Of a DNA stretch of 64,000 nucleotides, positions 54,536 to 64,000 are shown one piece after another (position 1 is the first letter of the stretch; each line of letters begins with the position of its first letter). Both the position numbers and the translations under genes were made by a program. This DNA is from an uncultured Actinomycetes bacterium. GTDB taxonomy: Bacteria; Actinomycetota; UBA4738; HRBIN12. The notes below the pieces were generated by a model. That model saw only the letters and a program-made list of their open reading frames with translations, was not told the DNA's origin and searched no databases. Location of the stretch: assembly GCA_963704725.1 (NCBI GenBank), contig OY969934.1, forward strand, positions 1,472,001 through 1,536,000, read 5' to 3'.

Positions 54536-55203
54536 CGCCGTGCTCCGAGGAGACAGGCCGCGCTCGCCGCAACGATCGGTACGCCGGCGGGTGCGACCGG
54601 TGTGAGCGCGAGGGCGATCGCTCCGCCGAGGAGCGCCGCCTGGACCGGACGCCGCCCGCGGAGCTGCGGGACGAGCAGCGCGAGGAACAGCGCCGGGAAC
54701 GCCGCGTCGAGCCCGATCGTGGAGGGATCACCGAGCGCCTCCCCGCCGAACGCTCCGATCGCGGTGCCGGCCAGCCAGCTCACATACAGCACGAGGCCTG
54801 CGCCGATCAGCACGCGGGGGTCGAACCGGCCGTCGCCCTCGGCCGCGACCGCCCAGGACTCGTCCACGACCAGCTGGGAGTGCAGGAGGCGGGAGAGCGT
54901 CGACCCCTCGAGGTAGGGAGCGACCGAGACGCCGATCGGTCCGTACCGGGAGTTCAGCAGGATCGCCGCGGTGACGGCGGCCGCCACCGTCCCACCGTCG
55001 CCGAGGATCGAGACGGCGGCGAACTGCGCGGAGCCGGCGAACGTCGTGGCCGACATCACGATCGGCGCCAACCAGCCGAGACCGGCCGCGCGAGCGAGCA
55101 CGCCGAACGAGACGCCGAACCCGACGACGGCGACGGCGAGGGGGGCGACGGCCCTGGCCCCGTGGCGGTACCCCTTCGATGCGATCCCGGCCTCCCGGCT
55201 CAC
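54532..55203 (-). CDS. azlC: AzlC-family exporter permease
   Basis: FGVLA, FAGSAQFA, LNSRY, VDESWA, GLDAAFPALF. Confidence 0.88.
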   Translation of the reverse strand: MSREAGIASKGYRHGARAVAPLAVAVVGFGVSFGVLARAAGLGWLAPIVMSATTFAGSAQFAAVSILGDGGTVAAAVTAAILLNSRYGPIGVSVAPYLEGSTLSRLLHSQLVVDESWAVAAEGDGRFDPRVLIGAGLVLYVSWLAGTAIGAFGGEALGDPSTIGLDAAFPALFLALLVPQLRGRRPVQAALLGGAIALALTPVAPAGVPIVAASAACLLGARR

Positions 55204-55400
55204 GGTCCGATCCGAGGCCAGTCTCCCGGTTCGCGCGAGTCGACGCCCGCCGCCGAGGCCGCCGCGCCGACGACGCCGAGCGCGGCGGGCACCGCCACCA
55301 ACGCCCATCCGGCCGCCCACCCGATCGCGGTGACCGCGACCAGCAGGAGGACGACCAGGCCGGCTCGAGCGGACCCATCGGGAGAGGGACGCCGGTCCAT
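55200..55400 (-). CDS. Small membrane protein leading the azlCD operon
   Basis: AAGGAGG RBS; two hydrophobic segments; GVDSRE tail; GTGA overlap with azlC. Confidence 0.6.
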   Translation of the reverse strand: MDRRPSPDGSARAGLVVLLLVAVTAIGWAAGWALVAVPAALGVVGAAASAAGVDSREPGDWPRIGP

Positions 55401-55551
55401 CGCAACCTCCTTCCGGTCCGCGCCATCCAATCCCCCCACCAATCGGGCTTGTGACGACGCGTCTCAGGGGCGATACTCGACCCCTACGCCAGACCATTTC
55501 TACGGCCAATCGAGCCAGATTGGAATGAAGATGGCCACGTACCCCGCTGCG

Positions 55552-57027
55552 ATGCCGGGATCCACCCCCACGGCTCCGACCCTCACCGGGTGGACGAGCG
55601 CGTCATCCGGTCCGCTGTACCGGCGCCTGGCCGAGGCGATCCGGGCCGCGATCCGCCGCGGCGAGCTCCTGAGCGGGTCCCGCTTGCCCACCGAACGGGC
55701 GCTCGCCTCCGAGCTCTCGGTGAGCCGGAGCACGGTGGTCGCCGCCTACGACCTCCTCCGCGGGGAGGGGTGGCTCGAGAGCCGGCAGGGGAGCGGGACG
55801 TGGGTCCGGCGCCACGCCTCGGTCGTGCGATTCGGCGAGGACCGGCCGGGGTTCCTCGGCCGGTCGACGGTGACCTTCCGCGCGTTGATCGAGGGGCCCG
55901 GCGAGGGCATCGAGTTCACGACCGCCGCGCTGACGGCCGGCGACCTGTTCGAACGCCCCTCGATCGCCCGGGCGGTGGAGGACCTCGCGTCGTTCGCCCG
56001 CTCGGCGATCGGGTACGAGGCCGTCGGCCATGGGCCGCTTCGCGCCGCGATCGCGGATCACCTCACGCGCCGGTGGTACCTGCCCACCGCCGAGGAGGAG
56101 GTCATCGTGACCACGGGCGCCCAGCAGGCCATCGGGCTGGCGGCGTCGCTGTACGCCAGGCCCGGCGAGGTCGTCGCCGTCGAGGACCCGACGTACCTCA
56201 CTGCGATCGACGTGTTCACGGCCGCCGGCGTCCGCCTGCTCCCGATCCCCATCGGCGTCCAGGGGATGCGGCCGGAGCGCCTGCGCGAGGTGCTGCGCGA
56301 GTCTGCGCCCCGGTTCACCTACCTCATGCCCACGTACCAGAACCCGACGGGCGCCTCGATCCCCGAGCGGGAACGCCGCGAGATCGCGTTCCTCGCCGAG
56401 GAGCTCCAGGTCCCGATCGTCGAGGACCTGACCGTCGCCGACCTGTACCTGGGGGACCCGCCCCCGCCTCCCATCGGGGCCTTCCAGGGCGAGGTCCCGG
56501 TGCTCACGATCGGTTCGCTGTCCAAGGTCTTGTGGGGTGGGCTCCGGGTCGGTTGGATCCGCGCCCCCGCCCCCGTGATCCAGCGGCTGGGACGGATGAA
56601 GCTCGTCATGGATCACGGCAGCTCGACCGTGAGCCAGATCCTGGCGCTCCGGCTGATGGGCGAGCTCGACGAGGTCGCGGACGAGCGCCGCGCCCTGGTC
56701 CGCGAGCGGAAGGACCGGCTCGAGGGCCTCCTGCGAGAGCTCCTGCCTACGTGGACGTGGGACCCGCCGGCCGGCGGGCTCTGCCTGTGGGTGCGGCTGC
56801 CGGCCGGCGACGCGACGTCGCTCTCCCACGTCGCCACGCGCCACGGCGTGACGCTCGTCCCCGGGCCGATGACGTCGGTGGACGGCAACTTCGGCGACCG
56901 CGTGCGCCTGCCGTTCGTGCTCGAGCCGGGGGAGATGCGCGAGGGCGTGGAGCGGCTGGCGCGAGCGTGGGCGGAGTACGAGCCGACCATCGGCGCCGCA
57001 CCGAGGGCCGTCCGCGTCGTCGTCTGA
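55552..57027 (+). CDS. MocR/GabR-family regulator (GntR HTH plus PLP aminotransferase domain)
   Basis: LPTERALA..VSRSTVVAAY..RQGSGT; TTGAQQA, YQNPTG, GSLSKVLWGGLRVGW; start may be 55531. Confidence 0.92.
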   Translation: MPGSTPTAPTLTGWTSASSGPLYRRLAEAIRAAIRRGELLSGSRLPTERALASELSVSRSTVVAAYDLLRGEGWLESRQGSGTWVRRHASVVRFGEDRPGFLGRSTVTFRALIEGPGEGIEFTTAALTAGDLFERPSIARAVEDLASFARSAIGYEAVGHGPLRAAIADHLTRRWYLPTAEEEVIVTTGAQQAIGLAASLYARPGEVVAVEDPTYLTAIDVFTAAGVRLLPIPIGVQGMRPERLREVLRESAPRFTYLMPTYQNPTGASIPERERREIAFLAEELQVPIVEDLTVADLYLGDPPPPPIGAFQGEVPVLTIGSLSKVLWGGLRVGWIRAPAPVIQRLGRMKLVMDHGSSTVSQILALRLMGELDEVADERRALVRERKDRLEGLLRELLPTWTWDPPAGGLCLWVRLPAGDATSLSHVATRHGVTLVPGPMTSVDGNFGDRVRLPFVLEPGEMREGVERLARAWAEYEPTIGAAPRAVRVVV

Positions 57028-57042
57028 GGAGAAGGAGCTCCG

Positions 57043-57918
57043 ATGCGCATCCCCTTCCGCCTCGTCGACGTCTTCACGCCGCGGCCGCTCGCCGGCAACC
57101 AGCTCTGCGTGGTGCCCGAGCCCGTCGACCTGGACGAAGCGGCCATGCTCGCGCTGGCCGGCGAGATCGGCTTCTCGGAGACGACGTTCGTCACGGAGGC
57201 CGCCGGCGCCCGCTACGCGATGCGGATCTTCACGCCCGATCGCGAGCTGCCCTTCGCAGGGCATCCCACGCTCGGCACCGCGTACGTGATGGTGAGCGAA
57301 GGGCGGGTGTCGTCGCCGGCGACGCAGGTCGTGCCCGCCGGGGAGATCCCCGTCCAGGTCGACGTCGCGGCCGGCATGGCCTGGATGACCCAGCTCCCGC
57401 CCGAGTTCGGGCCGGAGTTCGGGGACCGGGAGCTGCTCGCCCGGGCCACGGGCCTGGAGCCCGCGGACCTCCGAGACGACCTCCCCGTGCAGACGGTGTC
57501 GACCGGACTGCCTCCGCTGATCGTCCCGGTCCGTGACCTCGACACCCTCCGGCGCGCTCGGATCGACCTTCCCGCGGTGGCCGAGGCGTGCGAGCGATCG
57601 GGGGGCGACGAGCTCTACCTGTTCGCGGTGCACGACGGCGGTGTGACCGCGCGGTTCTTCGGACCGACGCACGCCATCGTGGAGGACCCGGCCACCGGCT
57701 CTGCCGCGGGGCCGCTGGGGGCGTACCTCGCCAGGCACGGCCTCGCCGGGATGCCGGGGGCCGTGCTGATCCGTCAGGGGGAGCAGGTGGGGCGCCCCAG
57801 CGAGCTGCACGTGGAGGTCGAGCCGGCCGGCGACACGTTCCGCGTGCGGGTCGGCGGCGGCGTTCACGTGGTCGGCGAGGGAGCGTTCACGCTGTGGGCA
57901 GGGCGTTCGCGGGCCTGA
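57043..57918 (+). CDS. PhzF family isomerase
   Basis: VDVFT..GNQL, FSETTF, ELPFAGHPTLG, EDPATGSA, QG..GRPS. Confidence 0.92.
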   Translation: MRIPFRLVDVFTPRPLAGNQLCVVPEPVDLDEAAMLALAGEIGFSETTFVTEAAGARYAMRIFTPDRELPFAGHPTLGTAYVMVSEGRVSSPATQVVPAGEIPVQVDVAAGMAWMTQLPPEFGPEFGDRELLARATGLEPADLRDDLPVQTVSTGLPPLIVPVRDLDTLRRARIDLPAVAEACERSGGDELYLFAVHDGGVTARFFGPTHAIVEDPATGSAAGPLGAYLARHGLAGMPGAVLIRQGEQVGRPSELHVEVEPAGDTFRVRVGGGVHVVGEGAFTLWAGRSRA

Positions 57919-57951
57919 CGGATCGCGCAGGCGCGCGATACTGTCAGCGCC

Positions 57952-58359
57952 GTGCGCGTCCGGGTCGTGGTCTTGCTCGTGCTGATCGCGGGCAGCCTTG
58001 CGTGGGTCGGCTCGAGGGCGCTCAACGGAAGCCTCGTCTACTACGTCACGCCGACCGAGCTCCTCCAGCAGCAACCGACCCCCGGCGAGCGACTCCGTCT
58101 CGGCGCCCAGGTCGTGCCCGGCTCGGTCCGCGAGGTGGACGGTGCGCTCGACTTCGTCGTGACCGACGGCACGACGCGGATGTCCGTGGTCCACCGGGGC
58201 GGCACCCCGTCCCTGTTCCGCACCGGCATCGGCGTGGTGCTCGAGGGCACGTACGGCGCCGACGGCGCGTTCCACTCGGACACGATGCTCGTGAAGCACA
58301 GCGAGGAGTACCGGCCGCCGGCGCCGGGGCAGACCCCGTCGCCCGCGCAGGTCGGCTGA
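57952..58359 (+). CDS. ccmE: Cytochrome c maturation heme chaperone
   Basis: N-terminal TM segment, YYVTPTE, RLRLG..VPGS, PSLFR, KHSEEY. Confidence 0.92.
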   Translation: MRVRVVVLLVLIAGSLAWVGSRALNGSLVYYVTPTELLQQQPTPGERLRLGAQVVPGSVREVDGALDFVVTDGTTRMSVVHRGGTPSLFRTGIGVVLEGTYGADGAFHSDTMLVKHSEEYRPPAPGQTPSPAQVG

Positions 58360-58360
58360 C

Positions 58361-60380
58361 GTGGTCTCGTTCGTCGGCACCGCCGCCCTGGCCGTCGCGC
58401 TGGCGTTGGCGGCCTACGGGGCCGTCGTCTCCGTGGTCGGCGCCCGCACCCACAACCCCGGCCTGATCGAGAGCGCCCGCACCTCCGCATACTCACTGTT
58501 CGCGCTGGTGGTCGTCGCGAACGTCGTGATGATGATCGGCCTGTTGTCGAACGACTTCTCCGTTGAGTACGTGGCCTCGAACTCGAGCATCGAGACCCCG
58601 ACGTTCTTCAAGGTGCTCGCCCTGTGGTCGGCGGACGAGGGCTCGCTCCTGCTGTGGAACCTGATCCTCGGCGGGTACCTCGCCGCGATGGCCTTCCGCT
58701 TCCGCCGCCGCCGACCCCAGACCTTCCCGTGGGCCCTCGCCGTGATGAACGTCGTGAGCTTCTTCTACCTGCTCCTCGTGCTCGGACCGACGACGCCGTT
58801 CGCGAGCCTCGACGCCGTTCCCGCGGACGGCCGGGGACCGCTCCCGCTGCTGCAGAACCATCCGCTCATGGCCGCGCACCCGCCGTTCCTGTACCTCGGG
58901 TTCATCGGGTTCACCGTGCCGTTCGCGTTCGCCGTCGCCGCGCTCGTCACGGGCCGTGTGAGCGACGAGTGGATGCGGATCACGCGCCGGTGGACGCTCG
59001 CCGCCTGGGTCTTCCTGACGATGGGCCTCGTGCTCGGCGCGCTGTGGTCCTACGGGGTGCTCGGGTGGGGCGGGTACTGGGCGTGGGATCCGGTCGAGAA
59101 CGTCGCCCTGCTCCCGTGGCTGACCGGGACGGCGTTCGTGCACTCGGTCATGGTGCAGGAGCGGCGGGGCATGCTGAAGGTCTGGAACCTCGCCCTGATC
59201 GTCGGGACGTTCTCGCTCACGGTGCTTGGGACGTTCCTCACGCGGGGGAGCATCCTGTCCTCGGTCCACACGTTCGCGCAGTCGATCGTCGGGTCCGATG
59301 TACCTGGGGTTCCTGACGATCGTGCTCGTCGGCGGGTTCGGGCTCATCGCGTGGCGGCGCGACGCGCTTCGATCGGAGGCCGCGTTCGATACGCCGCTGT
59401 CGCGCGAGAGCGCCTTCCTCGGGAACAACGTGCTGCTGCTGGTGGTGACGTTCACGGTGCTCGTCGGGACGATCTACCCGCTCCTGGCCGAGGCCGTCAC
59501 CGACCGCAGGGTCTCGGTGGGCGGTCCGTACTTCAATCGCAACGCCGCGCCGATGGCGCTCCTCCTGCTCCTGTTGATGGGGGTGGGGCCACTCCTGCCG
59601 TGGCGGGCGTCCTCCGCCGGCTCGTTCGCCAGGCGATTGCAGGTGCCGGCGTGGTCGGCCGCGGTCGCCGCCGTTGCGCTCGCGATCGCCGGCGCGGGAA
59701 CGGTGGCGATCCTGGTGTTCGGGCTGCTCGCGTTTGTCGCCGCGTCGACCGTCTCCGAGATGGTCCGGGGAGTGCGGTCGCATCACCGGGCGCTCGGCGG
59801 CTCGTGGCCGGCCGCCGCCGCCGGCGCGATGCGCCGGAACCGGCGCCTGTACGGCGGGCTCGTCGCGCACCTCGGGCTGCTCGTGGCGATCGCCGGGATG
59901 TCGTGGTCCGCGCTCGGCGACCGCGCGGGGGAGGTCTCGCTCTCGGTGGGCGAGCGCGCCCCGGTCGACGCGTATGTCCTTCGCCTGGACGACGTGGACA
60001 CGCGGCAGGAGCCGCAGCGGCGCGTCATCGTCGCCACCGTCTCGGTCCTGGACCGAACCTCGGGCGAGCGCGTGGTCCAGCTCCATCCGTCCCTGAACCT
60101 GTACCCGGCGTCCTCTGAGCCGATCGGCACGCCCTCGATCCGGGTGGGGACGCCCTGGAACGGCATGCGCGACCTGTACGCGTCCCTCGTCTCGGTGGAC
60201 GCGAGCGCGCGAACGGCCGCCTTCCGGTTCTTCGTGAACCCCGGCATCGGCCTGCTGTGGGCGGGCGGTGGCATCGCGGCGCTCGGCGGCCTCGTCGCAG
60301 CGTGGCCGTCGCGTCGGCGTGCGCGAGCCCCGGCCCTGCCCCGCCAGGTGGAGGAGCACCGGGAGGAGGTGCGCGTGTGA
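58361..60380 (+). CDS. ccmF: Cytochrome c heme lyase; one frameshift near 59292
   Basis: EGSLLLW, HPPFLYLG, WGGYWAWDPVEN, SVHTFA; continues in another frame with SRE..NN, GTIYP, VSVGGPYFN, AHLG. Confidence 0.92.
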
Positions 60381-60967
60381 GCCTCGACCTCGGCGAGGAG
60401 CCGCGGCGGGAGTCCCCGTCCCCGCGGCGGCACCGGGCCGTCGTCGTCGCGGCCGTGCTGGTGCCCGTGCTCGCGTTCGCCCTCCTGCTCGCGTCCGGTC
60501 TGGGCCGGGACCCTCGCGCGCTTCCCAGCGAGCTCGTGCACGAGCCGGCGCCGGACTTCTCCCTGCCGAGGCTCGGCGGGGGTGAGGACGTCGACCTCGC
60601 CTCGCTTCGGGGGCAGGTCGTCGTCGTGAACTTCTGGGCGTCGTGGTGCGAGCCCTGCAAGCAGGAGCATCCGGCGCTCCGGGCCGCCTGGGACCGCTAC
60701 CGCGACCGCGGCGTCGTGATGGTCGGGATCGACTTCGAGGACACCGCGCGCGACGCCCTCGCCTTCGCGGAGGCCAACGGTGGGGACTGGCCCCTGCTCG
60801 CGGACCCCGGGTCGCGGACGGCGATCGCGTACGGCGTGTTCGGCGTGCCCGAGACCTTCGTCGTCGCCGGCGACGGGACGATCGTCGCCAAGACGGTGGG
60901 CGCGGTCTCGTACGAGTGGCTGACCGACCGGATCGAGGCGGCCCTGCGCGAGGGGACGTCGTCGTGA
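60377..60967 (+). CDS. ccmG: Membrane-anchored thiol:disulfide oxidoreductase (CcmG/DsbE/TlpA)
   Basis: VNFWASWCEPC, YGVFGVPETF; located in the ccm operon. Confidence 0.85.
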   Translation: MSLDLGEEPRRESPSPRRHRAVVVAAVLVPVLAFALLLASGLGRDPRALPSELVHEPAPDFSLPRLGGGEDVDLASLRGQVVVVNFWASWCEPCKQEHPALRAAWDRYRDRGVVMVGIDFEDTARDALAFAEANGGDWPLLADPGSRTAIAYGVFGVPETFVVAGDGTIVAKTVGAVSYEWLTDRIEAALREGTSS

Positions 60968-61371
60968 CCGCCACCGCCAGAGCCTGGGCCCTCGTCGCCG
61001 TCGCCGTCGCCGTCGTGGTCGCCGCCGCGCTGCTCAGCGGGGGCGGCGCGGGAGGCACCACGATCGAGCAGCGGGCCCACGATGTCGCGTCGCAGCTGCG
61101 GTGCCCCGTGTGCCAGAACCTCTCGGTCGCCGACTCGCCGTCGGGGCTGGCCGGCGAGATGCGCTCGGACATCGAGGACCAGGTCCGCGCGGGCCGCACC
61201 GACCGGGAGATCGAGGACTTCTACGTCTCGCGGTACGGCGAGTGGGTGCTGCTCGAGCCCACCCGGTCCGGGCTGAACGCGTTGCCGTGGGCGCTGCCGG
61301 TCGCGGCGCTCGCCGTGGGGGTGGCGCTGTGGGTCCGTGTCGTGCGCCGCCGGCCGGGGGAGGAGGCGTGA
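60964..61371 (+). CDS. ccmH: Cytochrome c biogenesis protein CcmH
   Basis: LRCPVCQNLSVADS, RYGEWVLLEP. Confidence 0.92.
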   Translation: MTATARAWALVAVAVAVVVAAALLSGGGAGGTTIEQRAHDVASQLRCPVCQNLSVADSPSGLAGEMRSDIEDQVRAGRTDREIEDFYVSRYGEWVLLEPTRSGLNALPWALPVAALAVGVALWVRVVRRRPGEEA

Positions 61372-62243
61372 ACGCCGCCCTGGCCGGGGCGAGCGTGGCG
61401 GCGCTCGCGCTCATCGCGGCCGCCGGCGTCGTGGCCGGGTTCCGGCGGCGCGAGCCGGTCCCCGTCGAGCCCGTCGAGGACCCCCTCGAGGATCGCCGGC
61501 TCGCGCTCACCCGCTCGCTCGAGGATCTCGAGGAGGTGCACGCGTCCGGCGCGCTCGACGACGACGGCTACGCCCGGCTGCGCCGGGAGACCGAGGGCCG
61601 CCTGGCGCGCCTGGTCCGCGCCATCGACGAGCGGCGGATCCGAGCCGCAAGCGAACCGGAGATCGCCCCGGCGGCCGCCCCGACCGCGCGAGCGCCGGGC
61701 CGCGTCCCGGTCTGGGCCGTCGCGACGCTCCTCGTGGCGACCGTCGGCGCCGTGCTCGTCGCCGGCCTGGCCCGCGATGCCCAACCGGCGGCCACCGCGG
61801 CCGGTCCCGGCGCGTCGACGTCCGACCCGCTCGCCTTCTTCGAACGCCGGGTCCGCGAGCATCCCGACGACCTGGCGGCGCGGCTCGACCTGGCGCATCG
61901 GTACCTCGACGCCGGGCGCATCGACGACGCTCTCGCCCAGTACACCGAGGCCCTGCGGCTCGACCCGGCCGATGCCGAGGCCCACGCGAACATCGGCCTG
62001 CTCCTGTACCTGGCCGGCCGGCCCGAGGACGCGCTGGCATCCGTCGACCGCGCGCTCGAGACGTCGCCCGACTACCCCGAAGCGCTGTTCTTCCGCGGGG
62101 TGATCCTGCTCCGAGGCCTGGACCGCCCCGCCGACGCGATCGAGTCGCTGCAGCGGTACCTCGACGCCGCCCCGTTCGGCGCGGAGCGCGCGACCGTGCA
62201 GCGGATGATCGAGCGGGCCCGGGCCGAGCTCGCGGACGGCTGA
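61368..62243 (+). CDS. ccmI: CcmI/CycH-like TPR protein
   Basis: N-terminal TM segment, LEDLE...GALDDDGY helical segment, second TM segment, C-terminal TPRs. Confidence 0.75.
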   Translation: MNAALAGASVAALALIAAAGVVAGFRRREPVPVEPVEDPLEDRRLALTRSLEDLEEVHASGALDDDGYARLRRETEGRLARLVRAIDERRIRAASEPEIAPAAAPTARAPGRVPVWAVATLLVATVGAVLVAGLARDAQPAATAAGPGASTSDPLAFFERRVREHPDDLAARLDLAHRYLDAGRIDDALAQYTEALRLDPADAEAHANIGLLLYLAGRPEDALASVDRALETSPDYPEALFFRGVILLRGLDRPADAIESLQRYLDAAPFGAERATVQRMIERARAELADG

Positions 62244-62362
62244 GCCGCCGGGTCGGTCCTGCGGCCCCGGTCGCGAACGGGTCGAGGCGCCGGTCGTTGC
62301 ACCGCGGGACGTTCGCCGGCGGGTACTCGAGATCCCTCGCCCCAGGAGCGGCGGAGCGGCGG

Positions 62363-62506
62363 CTACGTCGTGTCGCGGCGGGCGGCGACGGCCTCGGCCC
62401 GGCGACGGGCGTCGCGGGCGCGCACGAACAGGCGGACCGCGTAGCCCCCGAGGGCGACGCCCGTGAGGACGTACCCGGCGATCACGTACTCGAGGTTCTC
62501 GATCAC
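62363..62506 (-). CDS. ccmD: CcmD-like heme exporter small subunit
   Basis: 47 aa, YVIAGY hydrophobic helix and Arg-rich tail; GTGA overlap with ccmC. Confidence 0.7.
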   Translation of the reverse strand: MIENLEYVIAGYVLTGVALGGYAVRLFVRARDARRRAEAVAARRDTT

Positions 62507-63240
62507 ACCTCGACCTCCTCGAGCGCGCCGATCCTGGGCGAGAGCGCCTCGCGGGCGGCGCGCTCCTCGAGGCGTCCGACGCGCAGGCGCAGGGTCATGA
62601 GGTACGCGTAGGCGAGCGTGAACGCCGCGACGCCCACCAGCAGGGCCGCGAGCATCGTGCCGTGGATCTCCGGGCCGCCCAGGCGGACCACCGTCGGCCC
62701 CTGGTGCAGCGACCGCCACCACACCACCGACAGGTGCACGATGGGAACGTCGACGAAACCCACGATGCCGATGACGGCCGACCACCGCGCGCGGCGGGTG
62801 GGGCTCTCGGCGATGCGGCGCACGGCCAGGTAGCCGAGGTAGATCAGCAACAGCACCGCGGTCGTCGTCAGGCGCGGGTCCCACGTCCACCACGTCCCCC
62901 ACACCGGCTTGCCCCACAGGGAGCCGAGCGCGATCGCGAGCGCCGTGAACAGGACGCCGATCTCCGCCGACGCCGAGGCCGTCCGGTCCCAGCGGATCCG
63001 GCCGGTGCGCAGGTACGCGATGCTCGAGACGAACACGACGAAGAACGACAGGTACGCCAGCCACGCCGCCGGCACGTGGATGTACATGAGGCGCTGCACG
63101 TTGCCCTGGACCGCGTCGGGCGGCGCGACGGCGAGCGACAGCACGGCGCTCGCGCCAAGGGCCACCACGGTCGCCGCGCCGAGCACGCGCTCGCCGCTTC
63201 GGGTAGTGGCCTTGCCGAACCCGCGCGCCGCGACGTCCAT
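62503..63240 (-). CDS. ccmC: Heme exporter protein C
   Basis: YIHVPAAW, WGKPVWGTWWTWDPRLT, SVVWWRSLHQ. Confidence 0.95.
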   Translation of the reverse strand: MDVAARGFGKATTRSGERVLGAATVVALGASAVLSLAVAPPDAVQGNVQRLMYIHVPAAWLAYLSFFVVFVSSIAYLRTGRIRWDRTASASAEIGVLFTALAIALGSLWGKPVWGTWWTWDPRLTTTAVLLLIYLGYLAVRRIAESPTRRARWSAVIGIVGFVDVPIVHLSVVWWRSLHQGPTVVRLGGPEIHGTMLAALLVGVAAFTLAYAYLMTLRLRVGRLEERAAREALSPRIGALEEVEV

Positions 63241-63911
63241 CAATCCTCCATCAGCGATCCGAACACCAGTATGCCGATCGAGACGAACACGACGTCGAAC
63301 GCGCCGAGCAGGCCGAGCCACGACAGCGCCTCGCTCGCGCGTCCGGTCGTCGCCAGATCGGTGGCTCGCACGCCCGCGATCAGCACCGGCGTGGCCAGCG
63401 GCAGGACGAGCATCGGGAACACCGCCTCCCGGGTTCGGGCGGCCTCGGCGACGACCCCGAACAGCCCGCCCACCGCCGCGAGCCCCAGGCTCCCCAGGGC
63501 GAACGCGCCGGCGAGCGCCGCCGGGCTCCCGATCGACAGGTCGAAGAGCACGACGACGAGCACGAGCACGGCGGCGACGAGCGCGAACAGCTCGAGCACG
63601 ATCGCGGCGGCCTTGCCGGCGAAGACTGCCGCCTTGTCGACGGGGGCGAGGAGCAGGCCCTCCAGGGCGCCGTCCTCGGCCTCGACCTGGTAGGCGCGCC
63701 GCGCGGCCATCGTGCTGGCGAAGAGCACGGCCATCCACAGCAGGCCCGGCGCCGTGCGCTGCAGGACGTCGCGCCCGGGCCCGAAGGCGAAGCCGAACGC
63801 CACGAGGACCGTGGCGGCGAACGGCAGCAGCGTGCCGAGGGCGTGACGGCCCCGGACCTCGATGCGGAGGTCCTTGCCGGCGATCGCCAGCGCCTGGCGG
63901 AGGAAGGTCAC
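63240..63911 (-). CDS. ccmB: Heme exporter protein B
   Basis: KDLRIEVR, PGLLW, EDGALEGLLLAP, LVLPL..PVLI. Confidence 0.92.
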   Translation of the reverse strand: MTFLRQALAIAGKDLRIEVRGRHALGTLLPFAATVLVAFGFAFGPGRDVLQRTAPGLLWMAVLFASTMAARRAYQVEAEDGALEGLLLAPVDKAAVFAGKAAAIVLELFALVAAVLVLVVVLFDLSIGSPAALAGAFALGSLGLAAVGGLFGVVAEAARTREAVFPMLVLPLATPVLIAGVRATDLATTGRASEALSWLGLLGAFDVVFVSIGILVFGSLMED

Positions 63912-64000
63912 GGGACCTCCCGGACGATCCGCCCGCCCTCGACGTGGAGCTCGCGCGTGGCCAGGGTGTCGGGGACCGCGTGGTGGGTGGCCACGAGCGC
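63908..64000 (-). CDS. ccmA: Heme exporter ATPase, C-terminal end (partial)
   Basis: ALVATHH..ELHVEGGRIVREVP* (ABC H-loop); GTGA overlap with ccmB. Confidence 0.7.
   Translation of the reverse strand, partial: ALVATHHAVPDTLATRELHVEGGRIVREVP

Noticed and set aside
59291-59293. Naturally split ccmF (N and C halves)
   Set aside because: Deleting one G from GGG gives a continuous IVGPMYLG reading, the same error pattern as at 25014; needs read-level confirmation.

Overview
High-GC (roughly 70-75% by eye), gene-dense bacterial DNA. It is most likely Actinomycetota (F420-type enzymes, GlgE pathway, many apparently leaderless genes) and possibly an uncultured basal class; this taxonomy is inferred. 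In order: methyltransferase, ilvE, M1 aminopeptidase and dehydratase; a ~19 kb amine/aromatic catabolic neighbourhood (HpaE-like ALDH, HpaD-like extradiol dioxygenase, APC permease, LLM oxidoreductase, FtsX-type ABC pair, GS-like ligase, two SDRs, an AhpD-like protein coupled to a P450 with a CYP255-type 'QE' I-helix, MetE-II-like protein, group II PLP decarboxylase); two tandem secreted P-domain-like paralogues sharing an unassigned C-terminal module; purE and zinc-ribbon proteins; an ABC-2 exporter; an eroded accessory patch around tRNA-Arg(UCU) with a Fic-HTH gene behind four operator-like half-sites; the glgE-treS/pep2-malQ-glgB-glgX alpha-glucan operon; tRNA-Gly(UCC) with a 1.3 kb integrase-less islet closed by a degenerate tRNA copy; AzlCD and a MocR regulator; and a convergently split System I (Ccm) cytochrome c maturation cluster. 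I saw no CRISPR array, rRNA, transposase or integrase. Several single-base frameshifts look like sequencing errors.
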